Of a stretch of 64,000 bases of DNA, positions 17,764 to 27,011 are shown piece after piece. The notes under the pieces are model-generated. The model was not told where the DNA came from. It did not search any database and saw only the letters and a list, made by a program, of their open reading frames with translations. The stretch's first letter is position 1, and every line of letters starts with the position of its first letter. The DNA lies in sequence record MW057919.1, one strand, 5' to 3'. Both the position numbers and the translations under genes were made by a program.

Positions 17764-17918
17764 TACATCATTGATTAAAGTACCACTACAGCTTAATATT
17801 CAATCTCAGTCTAAACACTGATCCAATTAGGCTGAGATTGAAGACTACTGGGTCAGCTCATTATTGCCTACTTCTAATTTGATATAGGTAAATTATAAAT
17901 ACAAAGTCAGGTAATGTC

Positions 17919-18293
17919 ATGGATTCATTAAAAATACAAAATATTCTCTTATGCAATAAAGCATTCAAGGCGATTGTTGAGCATCCACTTCAGATTAAAT
18001 CTAATAGATCTACTAGTATTCAAGTATTAAATAATGAGTTGAATTATGGGTTGACTTATATCTTTCATGATACCGACTCTACTCGTACAGTTAAATTAAC
18101 AGTACGTTACGGTAATGTAGTAATCTCATTAGTGGATAGTAATAATAGATTAGAAAAAGAATTTACCTTTGATAATGAAGCTAACTATCAATTAATGGGT
18201 AAAATAGTTTATTGTTATTTACGTAAAAATAAAGATGATTATTATCGTGGATTAAGTGATAGTGGTTATCTACAATGGTTGGGAATCACTTAA
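17919..18293 (+). CDS. Hypothetical protein, 124 aa
   Basis: AGGT RBS. Confidence 0.7.
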   Translation: MDSLKIQNILLCNKAFKAIVEHPLQIKSNRSTSIQVLNNELNYGLTYIFHDTDSTRTVKLTVRYGNVVISLVDSNNRLEKEFTFDNEANYQLMGKIVYCYLRKNKDDYYRGLSDSGYLQWLGIT

Positions 18294-18294
18294 T

Positions 18295-18657
18295 ATGATA
18301 TTTAATAAAATCATTCGATATATAAAAAGAAGGCGATGTAATAAGTCTGAATTAATTGAAATTAATGAACTTATCTTAAAAGCAGCTCGCCGTCAAAACT
18401 ATGATTTATGTCATCTGATTAGTTATCTTGGTGATGGCAATGATCCAGTAGTTATCGATCTTTTAAAGAAAGAATATTCTGAAATATATACCTACTATAA
18501 ATCTGTATTTGACCCTGCTGATTTTGGTAAGAATTATAAAAATAAATTACATTCTGATCTATTAGAGGCTATAACCAAAATAGATAAATTTAAAGAATTA
18601 TGTGAAAAACATAATATCGACTATTCACACATTGTTGAAGATGAGATACCTTTCTAG
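18295..18657 (+). CDS. Hypothetical protein, about 120 aa
   Basis: ATG right after upstream stop (track ORF starts at GTG 18256). Confidence 0.65.
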   Translation: MIFNKIIRYIKRRRCNKSELIEINELILKAARRQNYDLCHLISYLGDGNDPVVIDLLKKEYSEIYTYYKSVFDPADFGKNYKNKLHSDLLEAITKIDKFKELCEKHNIDYSHIVEDEIPF

Positions 18658-18668
18658 GCGGAAATAAA

Positions 18669-19031
18669 ATGGAATTAATCAGTGTCAGCTCAATGGCATT
18701 ATTCTTTGGTTTAATTGTGGCACACTTCATCTTTGATTTTTCATTGCAAAATGATTTCATTGCAAAGGCTAAAAATCATACTACTGAACTAGGTTCGCTA
18801 TACTGGAAATGGGTATTACCCGCGCATAGTTTTATGCATGGCGGTGCAGTTTATTTCATCACTGGTTCATTAGTTTTAGGACTTATTGAAGCAATTGCTC
18901 ATTGCATTATTGATTATTTAAAATGTGATAATAAAATTACATTTAATCAAGATCAGTGGTTACACATTGGTTTTAAACTGATGTATACTTATCTAATTGT
19001 TTACGAAGTACCTTTCGTAATGTATGGATAA
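18669..19031 (+). CDS. DUF3307-family membrane protein (His/Asp-rich), 120 aa
   Basis: AHFIFDFSLQ..AKAK..HSFMHG..HCIIDYLK..DQWLH pattern with hydrophobic helices. Confidence 0.75.
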   Translation: MELISVSSMALFFGLIVAHFIFDFSLQNDFIAKAKNHTTELGSLYWKWVLPAHSFMHGGAVYFITGSLVLGLIEAIAHCIIDYLKCDNKITFNQDQWLHIGFKLMYTYLIVYEVPFVMYG

Positions 19032-19042
19032 AGTTATATATT

Positions 19043-19064
19043 ACCCTCTCCTTCGGGAGAGGGT
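19043..19064 (+). terminator. Rho-independent terminator
   Basis: ACCCTCTCC-ttcg-GGAGAGGGT + TTT. Confidence 0.8.
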
Positions 19065-19173
19065 TTTATGTTTAATATTTTTTTTTATTAAGTTTTATTA
19101 CCCAATCTGATAGGGCTATAATGGAGTTTAGTCTTGTGGAAGTTTATAAAACCCTATTGGGAAGAGAACTACA

Positions 19174-19662
19174 ATGGTTATTACACATCAAACTGTAGAC
19201 CAAATAGATACACAAGTAAGTTTAGGTTTACCTATTGGCTACTATGGTGCTAATGATGATTTATCTACACTAATTAGGACGATTGGTGATTGGAATATCA
19301 GACCTATTGAAGAGCGTAGGACACCAGGTACAGGCTACATTGTAGCTGTCCCATCGAATACTCGTACACGAGTGATTTACACTGCTGGTCGCAAAAGATG
19401 GCTAGAAGCATTAGATTTTAGCCCCGAATTAGCCGAGAAGTATATTCGTGCTTGTAGTGCAATAAAACGATGCTGGGACCACGATGTCGCAACCTTTGTC
19501 CTGACACATAATAAAATTAGCGACGAATTACTTAAAGAATTGATGAGTGTTGAGAATCCTAAAGCTGTACTCAACCACTACAAAATTCCTGTAAAGATTT
19601 CTAGAAATAGAATAATTGCAGCTTGTCAAATAATCTTCAATATTCGTGGACTAAAAGTCTAA
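19174..19662 (+). CDS. Hypothetical protein, 162 aa
   Basis: ORF between terminators; GGAAGAG RBS. Confidence 0.75.
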   Translation: MVITHQTVDQIDTQVSLGLPIGYYGANDDLSTLIRTIGDWNIRPIEERRTPGTGYIVAVPSNTRTRVIYTAGRKRWLEALDFSPELAEKYIRACSAIKRCWDHDVATFVLTHNKISDELLKELMSVENPKAVLNHYKIPVKISRNRIIAACQIIFNIRGLKV

Positions 19663-19673
19663 TACTTTTATAG

Positions 19674-19696
19674 GAGAGAACCGCCATGGTTCTCTC
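19674..19696 (+). terminator. Probable terminator
   Basis: GAGAGAACC-gccat-GGTTCTCTC + TTTTT. Confidence 0.7.
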
Positions 19697-19752
19697 TTTT
19701 TGACGTAAGTGCATTATTGTTATGATAAGACTTTCGTACAAGGAAAACTACT

Positions 19753-20184
19753 ATGTTACTTTTTGTTGATACAGAATTTGATACGCCTACTGGTACTCTT
19801 ATTTCACTTGGTATTGTTAGTGAAGATCGACGTTGTGAATTCTACGAAGTTCTACCATATGACAATATTGAAGATGAATGGGTTAAAGAAAACGTTATTC
19901 CTATTCTTCAAAAAGAACCAATCTCTTTAGAAGAATTCCATGATAGACTAGCCAAGTTTCTTGGTCAGTTTGCTCGATTACATTTTATAGCTAATCATGT
20001 TAACGATATGGTTTACACTGGTAAAGCTATGGATATGGGTAAAGGTAAACAAGTTGTTGAGTTACCAACTATATTTGAATTAAATCATGAGCTAAGTGGA
20101 AAAGGTTCTAAAATGCTTCACAACGCACTATTTGATGCTCGTGCAACTCTAGATGACTGGGAGCGTTTAAATGGTGTGAACTAA
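19753..20184 (+). CDS. DEDDh 3'-5' exonuclease/exoribonuclease (Rv2179c-like), 143 aa
   Basis: FVDTEF..LISLGIVSED..FY and HNALFDARA motifs. Confidence 0.75.
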   Translation: MLLFVDTEFDTPTGTLISLGIVSEDRRCEFYEVLPYDNIEDEWVKENVIPILQKEPISLEEFHDRLAKFLGQFARLHFIANHVNDMVYTGKAMDMGKGKQVVELPTIFELNHELSGKGSKMLHNALFDARATLDDWERLNGVN

Positions 20185-20203
20185 CCTTTTTGGGATAGCC
20201 ATC

Positions 20204-20863
20204 ATGACTAACACCTTTGAGAAGATGTCAGGCGACAAATATAGAAAAAGTCGTCCAGAAATCGTACTGCGTTTGCTGATCGCAACCAGTTTTCCTCAAT
20301 CCGTTTTAGCCGATTTGACTTTTGATATTACTAAGCAAGTTGGTATTACTGATAACGATGAATTAGAGAAGATTGCTAATGACATGCGTGATGTTGAACG
20401 TAAGTTTGACATGACTGATTTCGTTAGATGTATTGATCTACGTCGTAATGGTAATGACGTAAATATAACTGTTAATTGTTGGGATTTTGATCCACGTGCT
20501 AAAACTATCGAGGATCGTGCGGAGAACCATGAATTCCTGGCAAACAGTAATATTACCTTACATTCACCAGAAGCAGATTTTAATGATCCACGTGAACTGG
20601 CTAGTAAATTAGTTGGACTATTTTTTCGTAGCAAGATAGGTCAAAAGCCATCAGCTAGTAATTTTACTAAGGGATGGAAAATTCTTAGTAAACCAATTAG
20701 TAAATCTAAAAATACAGGTGATATAGAATCAATCGATCTAGTTGATGCTATTGAACTAGTAGCTCAGAGTTTAGCTAAACGTAGGTTTAACATTAAAATT
20801 ACCACAAGCGCTATTTTATTACTTGATCAGAAAAGACGGTTATTTAATATAACGCGTGGTTAA
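20204..20863 (+). CDS. Hypothetical protein, 219 aa
   Basis: ORF with GGGA RBS. Confidence 0.75.
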   Translation: MTNTFEKMSGDKYRKSRPEIVLRLLIATSFPQSVLADLTFDITKQVGITDNDELEKIANDMRDVERKFDMTDFVRCIDLRRNGNDVNITVNCWDFDPRAKTIEDRAENHEFLANSNITLHSPEADFNDPRELASKLVGLFFRSKIGQKPSASNFTKGWKILSKPISKSKNTGDIESIDLVDAIELVAQSLAKRRFNIKITTSAILLLDQKRRLFNITRG

Positions 20864-20874
20864 AACAACATAAT

Positions 20875-20895
20875 GCCCTCCCATTGCGGGAGGGC
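20875..20895. terminator. Bidirectional terminator between convergent genes
   Basis: GCCCTCCC-attgc-GGGAGGGC; 20870-20899 is identical to 59060-59089. Confidence 0.75.
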
Positions 20896-20903
20896 TTATG
20901 CCG

Positions 20904-22853
20904 TTAAACTTTTACAAGTTTATCATTTTCTATTTTCCAATTAGCATGGAAAGAAATTGGTTGACCAGTGGTCTCATCAAGAATGTCACCAGTCTTTAAC
21001 CTATTTTTAATAGCTCGGTTATTTCCAAAGAATGGAACTAGTTTAGCTACTGTTACATCAGCTAATCCTGGATCTTTCATTACATACCAGCCAGGTGTTG
21101 AAGCCAGTTCATCATACTGGACAACTTTAGAAGTATCTGCAAAGATAACAATATCACCATGTCGTCCGTTCTGGACACGTTGTGATAGTTTACCCCATGT
21201 GGAGTTATTATCATAAACATATACATTAGCTGTATTTAATGTCTCACCAAGGAATGTACGGCGTAATGCAGTCAATACTATTGGTTTTATATTAATGTTA
21301 TTCTTATATGCATTCTCTACACGATACATATACTTGGTCATGCTAAGATTAATATATTCATAAATTTTAGCTTTACTTATCCCTTTATAATCATCCCATG
21401 CCATTGTACCTATAAGGGATGCTTCATTATAAAGAGAAGCAGGTTTTGAACTAAGTACCACCTGATGCTGCATTGTGTAAGTATAAGGTACACGTACGTT
21501 AATACGTATCTGATCATTATCATGGATTAAAAGAGTTGATCCATGAGTTATCAGATCCCACTGAGTAATGCCCTGACTAAATAAGAATGATCCAACTAAA
21601 TAGCCATTTATTTGAATATCGCCTAGATAATCCTGATGGTCAGTACCATTTGAGTAACCTAGATTAAGATCAAAATAACGCTTAGCTGTTAGTATCTGAG
21701 TAGTATCAATAGCTTGGCCATTATCACGTGCAACAAAGATACCATCATCTACACCAACTTGGAATCTAAATGAAATAGCATACGGTTTATTAGGATTTTC
21801 AGATGTCGTACAAAGAAAATTGTAAATGTACTCGCCAGTATGATCGAAGGTAAATTCAGGAATATCTTCTTTGTTATACGCTGGGAAAGTAACAAGCTTA
21901 ATCTCACTTTCACTTGAATCACCTTTGATAACAAAGTCAGTTACTTGACCATTACCAATAGATTTATTCATACCTGTAAACAAACCAGATGATGCAGCTT
22001 TTGGTGACCAGCTTAGCATCTGATTTACAGTATATTGAACATCTGACCTATCAACAACACCAGAGAAATAAGAACCAAAATTAAAGGCTAGTCTATTAGC
22101 GGTAAATGCAAAACTACCATTATTTTCTTTAGCATCTTCAATATTAGTGTAATCTCTTGAAGCAGAATCAGTTATAACAAAGATACCATTACCCGATTTA
22201 CGCCAAGTAGCTAGATTATCAATAGTCGCCTGACTCACTCTTTCAGGAGTTAATGCACCAGTATTATGATCTTTAGTAGAGAATAGAATACATGCATAAT
22301 ACTTATTAAGATCTGTTAAAGTAAGGTCTACTGTGCCACCCATCATTTCTGGGTAATAAACATCATAGGTAGAATCTTGTACACGAGCAGCCGTATCTAG
22401 TATCTTTTTAAAACCATTACCTGACGTATTGAGGACTGAATAAGGTTCACTAGGATTACTATCTGTGATTACTAAGAATTTCTTTCCAGTTGATTCGTAC
22501 TTACTACCATTCCTAATAAACCCAATAGCATTATAAAAATATCTTACCCATCCCCATAGATCTTGAGGGTTTGTTGTATTAGCCGGAATTTGGTAAGTAT
22601 CATAGTTTAAATTATAGAATTTTGGAAAACTACAATCATAAAGAACATTACCAGTGCCATCTTGCACAACAGCAATAAATGGACTACCACCTGTTGCAGG
22701 GTCACCATCATAAGCAATGTATTCAGAGAGCACCGGAGGTAACTCCGGGCTCACTGTATAATACACCTTCTGAATATCTGAACTAAAGTTAAATTTAACT
22801 TTAGAGTTTAGTGCCACAGGACCCGGCACTTGCGACGGGACAATAGAAGGCAT
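20904..22853 (-). CDS. Probable virion structural protein (phiKZ gp201-like), 649 aa
   Basis: GGAG RBS; beta-rich composition; minus-strand late block; function from synteny. Confidence 0.6.
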   Translation of the reverse strand: MPSIVPSQVPGPVALNSKVKFNFSSDIQKVYYTVSPELPPVLSEYIAYDGDPATGGSPFIAVVQDGTGNVLYDCSFPKFYNLNYDTYQIPANTTNPQDLWGWVRYFYNAIGFIRNGSKYESTGKKFLVITDSNPSEPYSVLNTSGNGFKKILDTAARVQDSTYDVYYPEMMGGTVDLTLTDLNKYYACILFSTKDHNTGALTPERVSQATIDNLATWRKSGNGIFVITDSASRDYTNIEDAKENNGSFAFTANRLAFNFGSYFSGVVDRSDVQYTVNQMLSWSPKAASSGLFTGMNKSIGNGQVTDFVIKGDSSESEIKLVTFPAYNKEDIPEFTFDHTGEYIYNFLCTTSENPNKPYAISFRFQVGVDDGIFVARDNGQAIDTTQILTAKRYFDLNLGYSNGTDHQDYLGDIQINGYLVGSFLFSQGITQWDLITHGSTLLIHDNDQIRINVRVPYTYTMQHQVVLSSKPASLYNEASLIGTMAWDDYKGISKAKIYEYINLSMTKYMYRVENAYKNNINIKPIVLTALRRTFLGETLNTANVYVYDNNSTWGKLSQRVQNGRHGDIVIFADTSKVVQYDELASTPGWYVMKDPGLADVTVAKLVPFFGNNRAIKNRLKTGDILDETTGQPISFHANWKIENDKLVKV

Positions 22854-22863
22854 TTCTCACTCC

Positions 22864-23334
22864 TTACGGGGTATACACGGGAATATCAGCCGTCTTAATA
22901 GGTGAGTCAACTCGAATATAATAAGTGATTGGTACAGACAGGCTATACCCACGGATATTTAAAATCCCTGTAGATGAATCGAGATCCCAACCAATACTAG
23001 CAGAAGCGCTAATAAGCTTACCACTAGTAGGACTAGTAGTTTCAGGGTCGATAATCTTGAGATCAACGATGGCTGTAGCCAGAGTATAATCACCCATAGA
23101 AGTAATAACTTTGGAAAGATCATAAGTAACTACATCTCCTGGGTTTAATGTACCAGTTTGAAATAGAATTGGTTTTAAACCAGTACTAGGACCTGGACCA
23201 GGGCCACCACCAGATTCTAGGATGGTTGTTACTTTGTCAACCCACCTTAAAATCGCATTATACATTTCTTCACTGGTGGCTTCAGGCCCAAGAATAAGAT
23301 CTTCACCAGTATTAGATGAATGTGGATCAGACAT
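22864..23334 (-). CDS. Probable virion structural protein with Gly-Pro linker, 156 aa
   Basis: GGAG RBS; GGGPGPGP linker then beta-rich domain. Confidence 0.6.
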   Translation of the reverse strand: MSDPHSSNTGEDLILGPEATSEEMYNAILRWVDKVTTILESGGGPGPGPSTGLKPILFQTGTLNPGDVVTYDLSKVITSMGDYTLATAIVDLKIIDPETTSPTSGKLISASASIGWDLDSSTGILNIRGYSLSVPITYYIRVDSPIKTADIPVYTP

Positions 23335-23345
23335 TTCTGTCTCCT

Positions 23346-25457
23346 TTAAAACCGCATATATGCGGGCTGATATGGTTTATACATACGTGTATCAAAGTCA
23401 TTAAAATCAATTGCGATATCATACTTCTCAAATGATTCTTTTAGCATCTGATAAATGATTTTATTTTCATCAAAATTATTATTTTTATCAACATAACTTT
23501 CTAATGACTCTGTGATCTCAAATGGAGATTTAATACCCATAATAGCTTCAACCATTGCCTGACTCCATTTTAGAATGTCATCTGACCTTGTTGAGATATT
23601 CGGTTCATCTTCTGTATCGAGAGTACATTGATATACGACTGTTTGTGAATCCTGACCTTTACGGTAAATTCGAGCAATAGCTTGTTCTAGAATGTAATGC
23701 CTAAACGGTGAATTAATTGTCACCATAGTATCAGCCATCGTCATACGGACCGCTGTTGAAAGGGAAGCATATGTAGCTACCAATGGATTTAATTTAGGGT
23801 CTTTCTCAAATCTACTGATTATTTGAGGTAAATTGTCATTGGTTTTACCATACACCACCGCCGGATGCATACCTAATTTATTGGTGTACTTATCAACAGT
23901 ATCAACAACCTCAACAAACGATGTAAATGCAATCGTTTTCTTCATAGTTGATTCAGTGATACCAACCCAGTCAATATACGGTACCATGTCCACATGGCAC
24001 TGAATGCGTTTAGCACCTAAAACCCTTCCCAAACATTCACCTTGTATCTTTAGCATAACGTATTTTATAACTGATTTAATATCTCTAAAAGCAGCTATTT
24101 CATTACGAGGTAAAGTTGGCTCTATAAACATTTTTTCATATTGGTTAGATTCTTTAATTTCTTCACCAATGTATCGCGGGTCTTGATTCTTCTGAATTAT
24201 TTTAATCAAATTCTTATAGCGAGCGAAACCATCTTTCTGCGCCTGGGTCTTAAGAGAGTTCTCGTGTATCGCCATTAGTTTAGCCCAATACTTCTCATCT
24301 TCTGGTCGGCGCGCAGCATAGAACTTTACACGTTCTCTAATAAAAGCTTCACAATCACGTTTAATGGCATTAAGAGTATACTGTGATCCATTTGGTATCT
24401 TGATACGATACGCTTTTATCCTCGGTGGTAAAACCTCAGTATCTTTCTTTTCAATGACGTACGCAATTAACCCAAAGCGATGTTGGACAATATCTAATCC
24501 TTTCTGTGTCTCTTTTCCAAATGCTTTCTTAAAACGTTCTTCAACCTCATTGGTGAAGAGATCGTCTAATACTCTTAATGCACTTACTAATTCAGAACCA
24601 AGTGCTTTAACAGGGGTACCTGACGCTAATAATCTGTTATTAGAGTTAGACATAAAACATATTTGCTGGAACTTAAGAGATTGTGCAGAATTAGGATCGT
24701 TCATATTGTGTGATTCATCCAGAATCACCGTAATGTTCTTACCTTTGAATATACCGCTTCTTAATAGATCAATTATTTTATCTTGCGCCTGGTAATGGGA
24801 TATAAGTATTCTTTGACCGTTGTAGGCTTTATCATCAATGGTCGACCATACTTTTTGTCTTTCCTTATACATCTCAATAATAGATGGCTTCCATATTAGA
24901 TCAATAGACTTCTTTTCACAAACAACTATAATGATATCCGACTCAACCATTTCAGCAATAGCCATCGTCATGAATGTCTTACCAGTACCAGGTTTACCTG
25001 CAACAATATCACCACGTAAACCATACTGGTCAATTCGATAATTATAATTTTCAAAATAAGCTTTTTGAGACTCATCTGGTGTAAATGTCAATTTGTCTAA
25101 CATCTTGAAATTGAGTCTACCTGGTACAGAGTTGGTATCTACAGGACGAGTATTTTTTAACCAGGTATATTGAAGCATTGCTTCACGGATGGCATTAACA
25201 GTTTTAATAGAGATGTATCTACTTCTATAATTCTTTACTGCTTCTAGCATGTAATATATTTCAGGAGCAAAGAATTTATAAAATGAAATACTACGACGAC
25301 TAACCGTGTTAAATAACTGCGTAGCTAATTTAGTGGTTCGCCAATACTTGTTAATATCTCTAATGAATGCAGCACCATCAAAACCACTGATGATAATTTC
25401 TTGATCAGTTTCAGTAATTGATAGCGAGCCCATTAGCTTCCTAAATGAGTCTATCAT
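23346..25457 (-). CDS. SF2 (SNF2/DEAD-like) helicase, phiKZ gp203-like, 703 aa
   Basis: Walker A GKPGTGKT, Walker B ILDESH, motif III SGTP, motif VI QAIARIYRKGQ. Confidence 0.9.
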   Translation of the reverse strand: MIDSFRKLMGSLSITETDQEIIISGFDGAAFIRDINKYWRTTKLATQLFNTVSRRSISFYKFFAPEIYYMLEAVKNYRSRYISIKTVNAIREAMLQYTWLKNTRPVDTNSVPGRLNFKMLDKLTFTPDESQKAYFENYNYRIDQYGLRGDIVAGKPGTGKTFMTMAIAEMVESDIIIVVCEKKSIDLIWKPSIIEMYKERQKVWSTIDDKAYNGQRILISHYQAQDKIIDLLRSGIFKGKNITVILDESHNMNDPNSAQSLKFQQICFMSNSNNRLLASGTPVKALGSELVSALRVLDDLFTNEVEERFKKAFGKETQKGLDIVQHRFGLIAYVIEKKDTEVLPPRIKAYRIKIPNGSQYTLNAIKRDCEAFIRERVKFYAARRPEDEKYWAKLMAIHENSLKTQAQKDGFARYKNLIKIIQKNQDPRYIGEEIKESNQYEKMFIEPTLPRNEIAAFRDIKSVIKYVMLKIQGECLGRVLGAKRIQCHVDMVPYIDWVGITESTMKKTIAFTSFVEVVDTVDKYTNKLGMHPAVVYGKTNDNLPQIISRFEKDPKLNPLVATYASLSTAVRMTMADTMVTINSPFRHYILEQAIARIYRKGQDSQTVVYQCTLDTEDEPNISTRSDDILKWSQAMVEAIMGIKSPFEITESLESYVDKNNNFDENKIIYQMLKESFEKYDIAIDFNDFDTRMYKPYQPAYMRF

Positions 25458-25479
25458 TGCATTTTTCCTTAAGGGGTAT

Positions 25480-25725
25480 GTAAATATAACTCTAAGTCAT
25501 AAGATTAGCTAACGAATAAAAATACGCACAGTGCAATGATATAGAGCAAGGCAGTTTGCGTAAAACGCACTGCACTTTAAGGGGGTGATCCAGTCGTAAA
25601 TAAACCGGGGTACTAAAGTATCGTCAGGAACGACACGAACCCCAACTACGGTGCCTTGCTACTCACCGACCTCTAGATAGGGGTCGGACCTATTACATTA
25701 AAGGAGCCCACCAGGGGCTCCTTTA
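25480..25725 (+). ncRNA. Candidate structured non-coding RNA
   Basis: ORF-free, GC-richer intergenic segment with nested stems (25545-53/25652-60; 25595-98/25647-50; 25607-11/25639-43; 25666-74/25679-87) ending in a terminator; strand inferred. Confidence 0.55.
25699..25725 (+). terminator. Terminator hairpin
   Basis: TAAAGGAGCCC-accag-GGGCTCCTTTA. Confidence 0.7.
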
Positions 25726-25742
25726 TGCCATTCATTATAAAT

Positions 25743-25761
25743 TAATTTAAATCTATATTAC
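25743..25761 (+). promoter_or_regulatory. phiKZ-type early promoter
   Basis: AATTTAAATC-TATATTAC (core 25754-25761). Confidence 0.75.
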
Positions 25762-25807
25762 AGGATTACCATAAAGATATTTATCCTTTTATAATGAGGA
25801 AAAGATT

Positions 25808-26203
25808 ATGTCCGATATTAATAGCACCAATGTAACAGATGAATTAGTACCTTATTTTCCATCGGCGGATGCCATTACTAGTTCTACTATTAGGGATGAA
25901 GTAATTCCTAATATTTTGTTATTCTACAAGAATGCTTTTAGTGACTTCCAACACGTTAGTAATATCACAGGTACTAACCAGATTGCATCAGGTTATTTAC
26001 CAGGTGTAGGTTATTATTTCGAGTATAGTGTTACCGGTAATGCTAATCTTATTCCACCTGAAGCAATTAAAGTATTACGTAATGTAATCACTAAAAATGG
26101 ATATAAAGATGACATTACCATCACACCAAAAGGTTTTGGCCTAATCAATTGGTTCATTGTGAGAGTATACGTAGATGAGCAAATTAAGAAGACTACTCAA
26201 TAA
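25808..26203 (+). CDS. Hypothetical early protein, 131 aa
   Basis: GAGG RBS. Confidence 0.75.
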   Translation: MSDINSTNVTDELVPYFPSADAITSSTIRDEVIPNILLFYKNAFSDFQHVSNITGTNQIASGYLPGVGYYFEYSVTGNANLIPPEAIKVLRNVITKNGYKDDITITPKGFGLINWFIVRVYVDEQIKKTTQ

Positions 26204-26351
26204 AGAATTAGAAAAAGAGTTAGTTAAAAAACTAGATTTTCTAGAACGTGATTTTAGAGCTATAAAAGAAGTTATCAAAACTGGAAAATATCCTGATCCT
26301 GTTAATCCGAATCGCAGACAAAGTGATTATGATTTATCTTTTAATAATTAA
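26175..26351 (+). CDS. Small hypothetical protein, 58 aa (not in track)
   Basis: MSKLRRLLNKELEKELVKKLDFLERDFRAIKEV...; GAGAG RBS; fills the gap between genes. Confidence 0.55.
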   Translation: MSKLRRLLNKELEKELVKKLDFLERDFRAIKEVIKTGKYPDPVNPNRRQSDYDLSFNN

Positions 26352-26367
26352 CCTATAAGAGGATGCT

Positions 26368-26769
26368 ATGGAAATCACATTTCCATCTGTAAAAGAAGTA
26401 ATGACAACTGATCCAGCATTTATTGATTTGGTTCTGAAAAGTAAATTACTTACTATCCGTAAAGCAATGATTGATGTTATTCGAAATATTGAGAATACAT
26501 CACTAGCATCTAGTAGGCTTGTTAAACAGAAAAGCTATCCATATCAAACTACTTTCGAACTTGTATTTAACCCAAAGGTTTTTAAATGGTTTGATAAAAC
26601 AGATGCTATCAATATTAAAAATATTCTTCATGCTGAAGTAGTTAACCAGGATTGGGAGAGTATTGATATTTCTTATAATGGTAGGGATATACATGGTTTT
26701 GAAAAAGTGACTATTGTATTAACTCCTATGAAAGATGAAGCTATTAAATATGATCTTTCAAAAGCATGA
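26368..26769 (+). CDS. Hypothetical protein, 133 aa
   Basis: GAGG RBS. Confidence 0.75.
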   Translation: MEITFPSVKEVMTTDPAFIDLVLKSKLLTIRKAMIDVIRNIENTSLASSRLVKQKSYPYQTTFELVFNPKVFKWFDKTDAINIKNILHAEVVNQDWESIDISYNGRDIHGFEKVTIVLTPMKDEAIKYDLSKA

Positions 26770-26785
26770 ATTAAGATAACATATA

Positions 26786-26807
26786 CCCTCCCCTTTATTG
26801 GGGAGGG
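26786..26807 (+). terminator. Terminator
   Basis: CCCTCCCC-tttatt-GGGGAGGG. Confidence 0.7.
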
Positions 26808-27011
26808 ATTATTTACTTATATGTTTAATAGAATAAGGACTCTACCTTGGAATAATGCTAATGCTCTTCACCAGAGAAAAGAGATATATAGATAGACGTA
26901 TTACACATTATCAGGTTGAGTAGTAAATTAAAACAACCAATAATACGTTATTCAATATTGAAATAGTTGTTATAAAACATTTATATTAATCTAATACAGG
27001 AAATAAAGAAA

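Noticed and set aside
19037-19044. TATATTAC just after the DUF3307 gene
   Set aside because: It overlaps the 5' arm of a terminator and lacks the upstream T-tract/AAA element, so it is probably not a functional promoter.
25529-25660. Canonical HDV-like/theta ribozyme call for the structured RNA
   Set aside because: Helix order is similar, but L3 is UGCGUAA rather than a UCC-type loop, no GG follows P1 for P1.1, the P1-P4 linker is over 20 nt and J4/2 lacks the C-x-A-A pattern. Kept only as an unassigned ncRNA.
25537-25713. Group I intron S element (ATGATATAG), tmRNA-like 5' end (GGGGGTGA) and tRNA-like CCCACCA
   Set aside because: No matching R/P/Q elements, no 7-bp acceptor stem, no T-loop; short chance matches.
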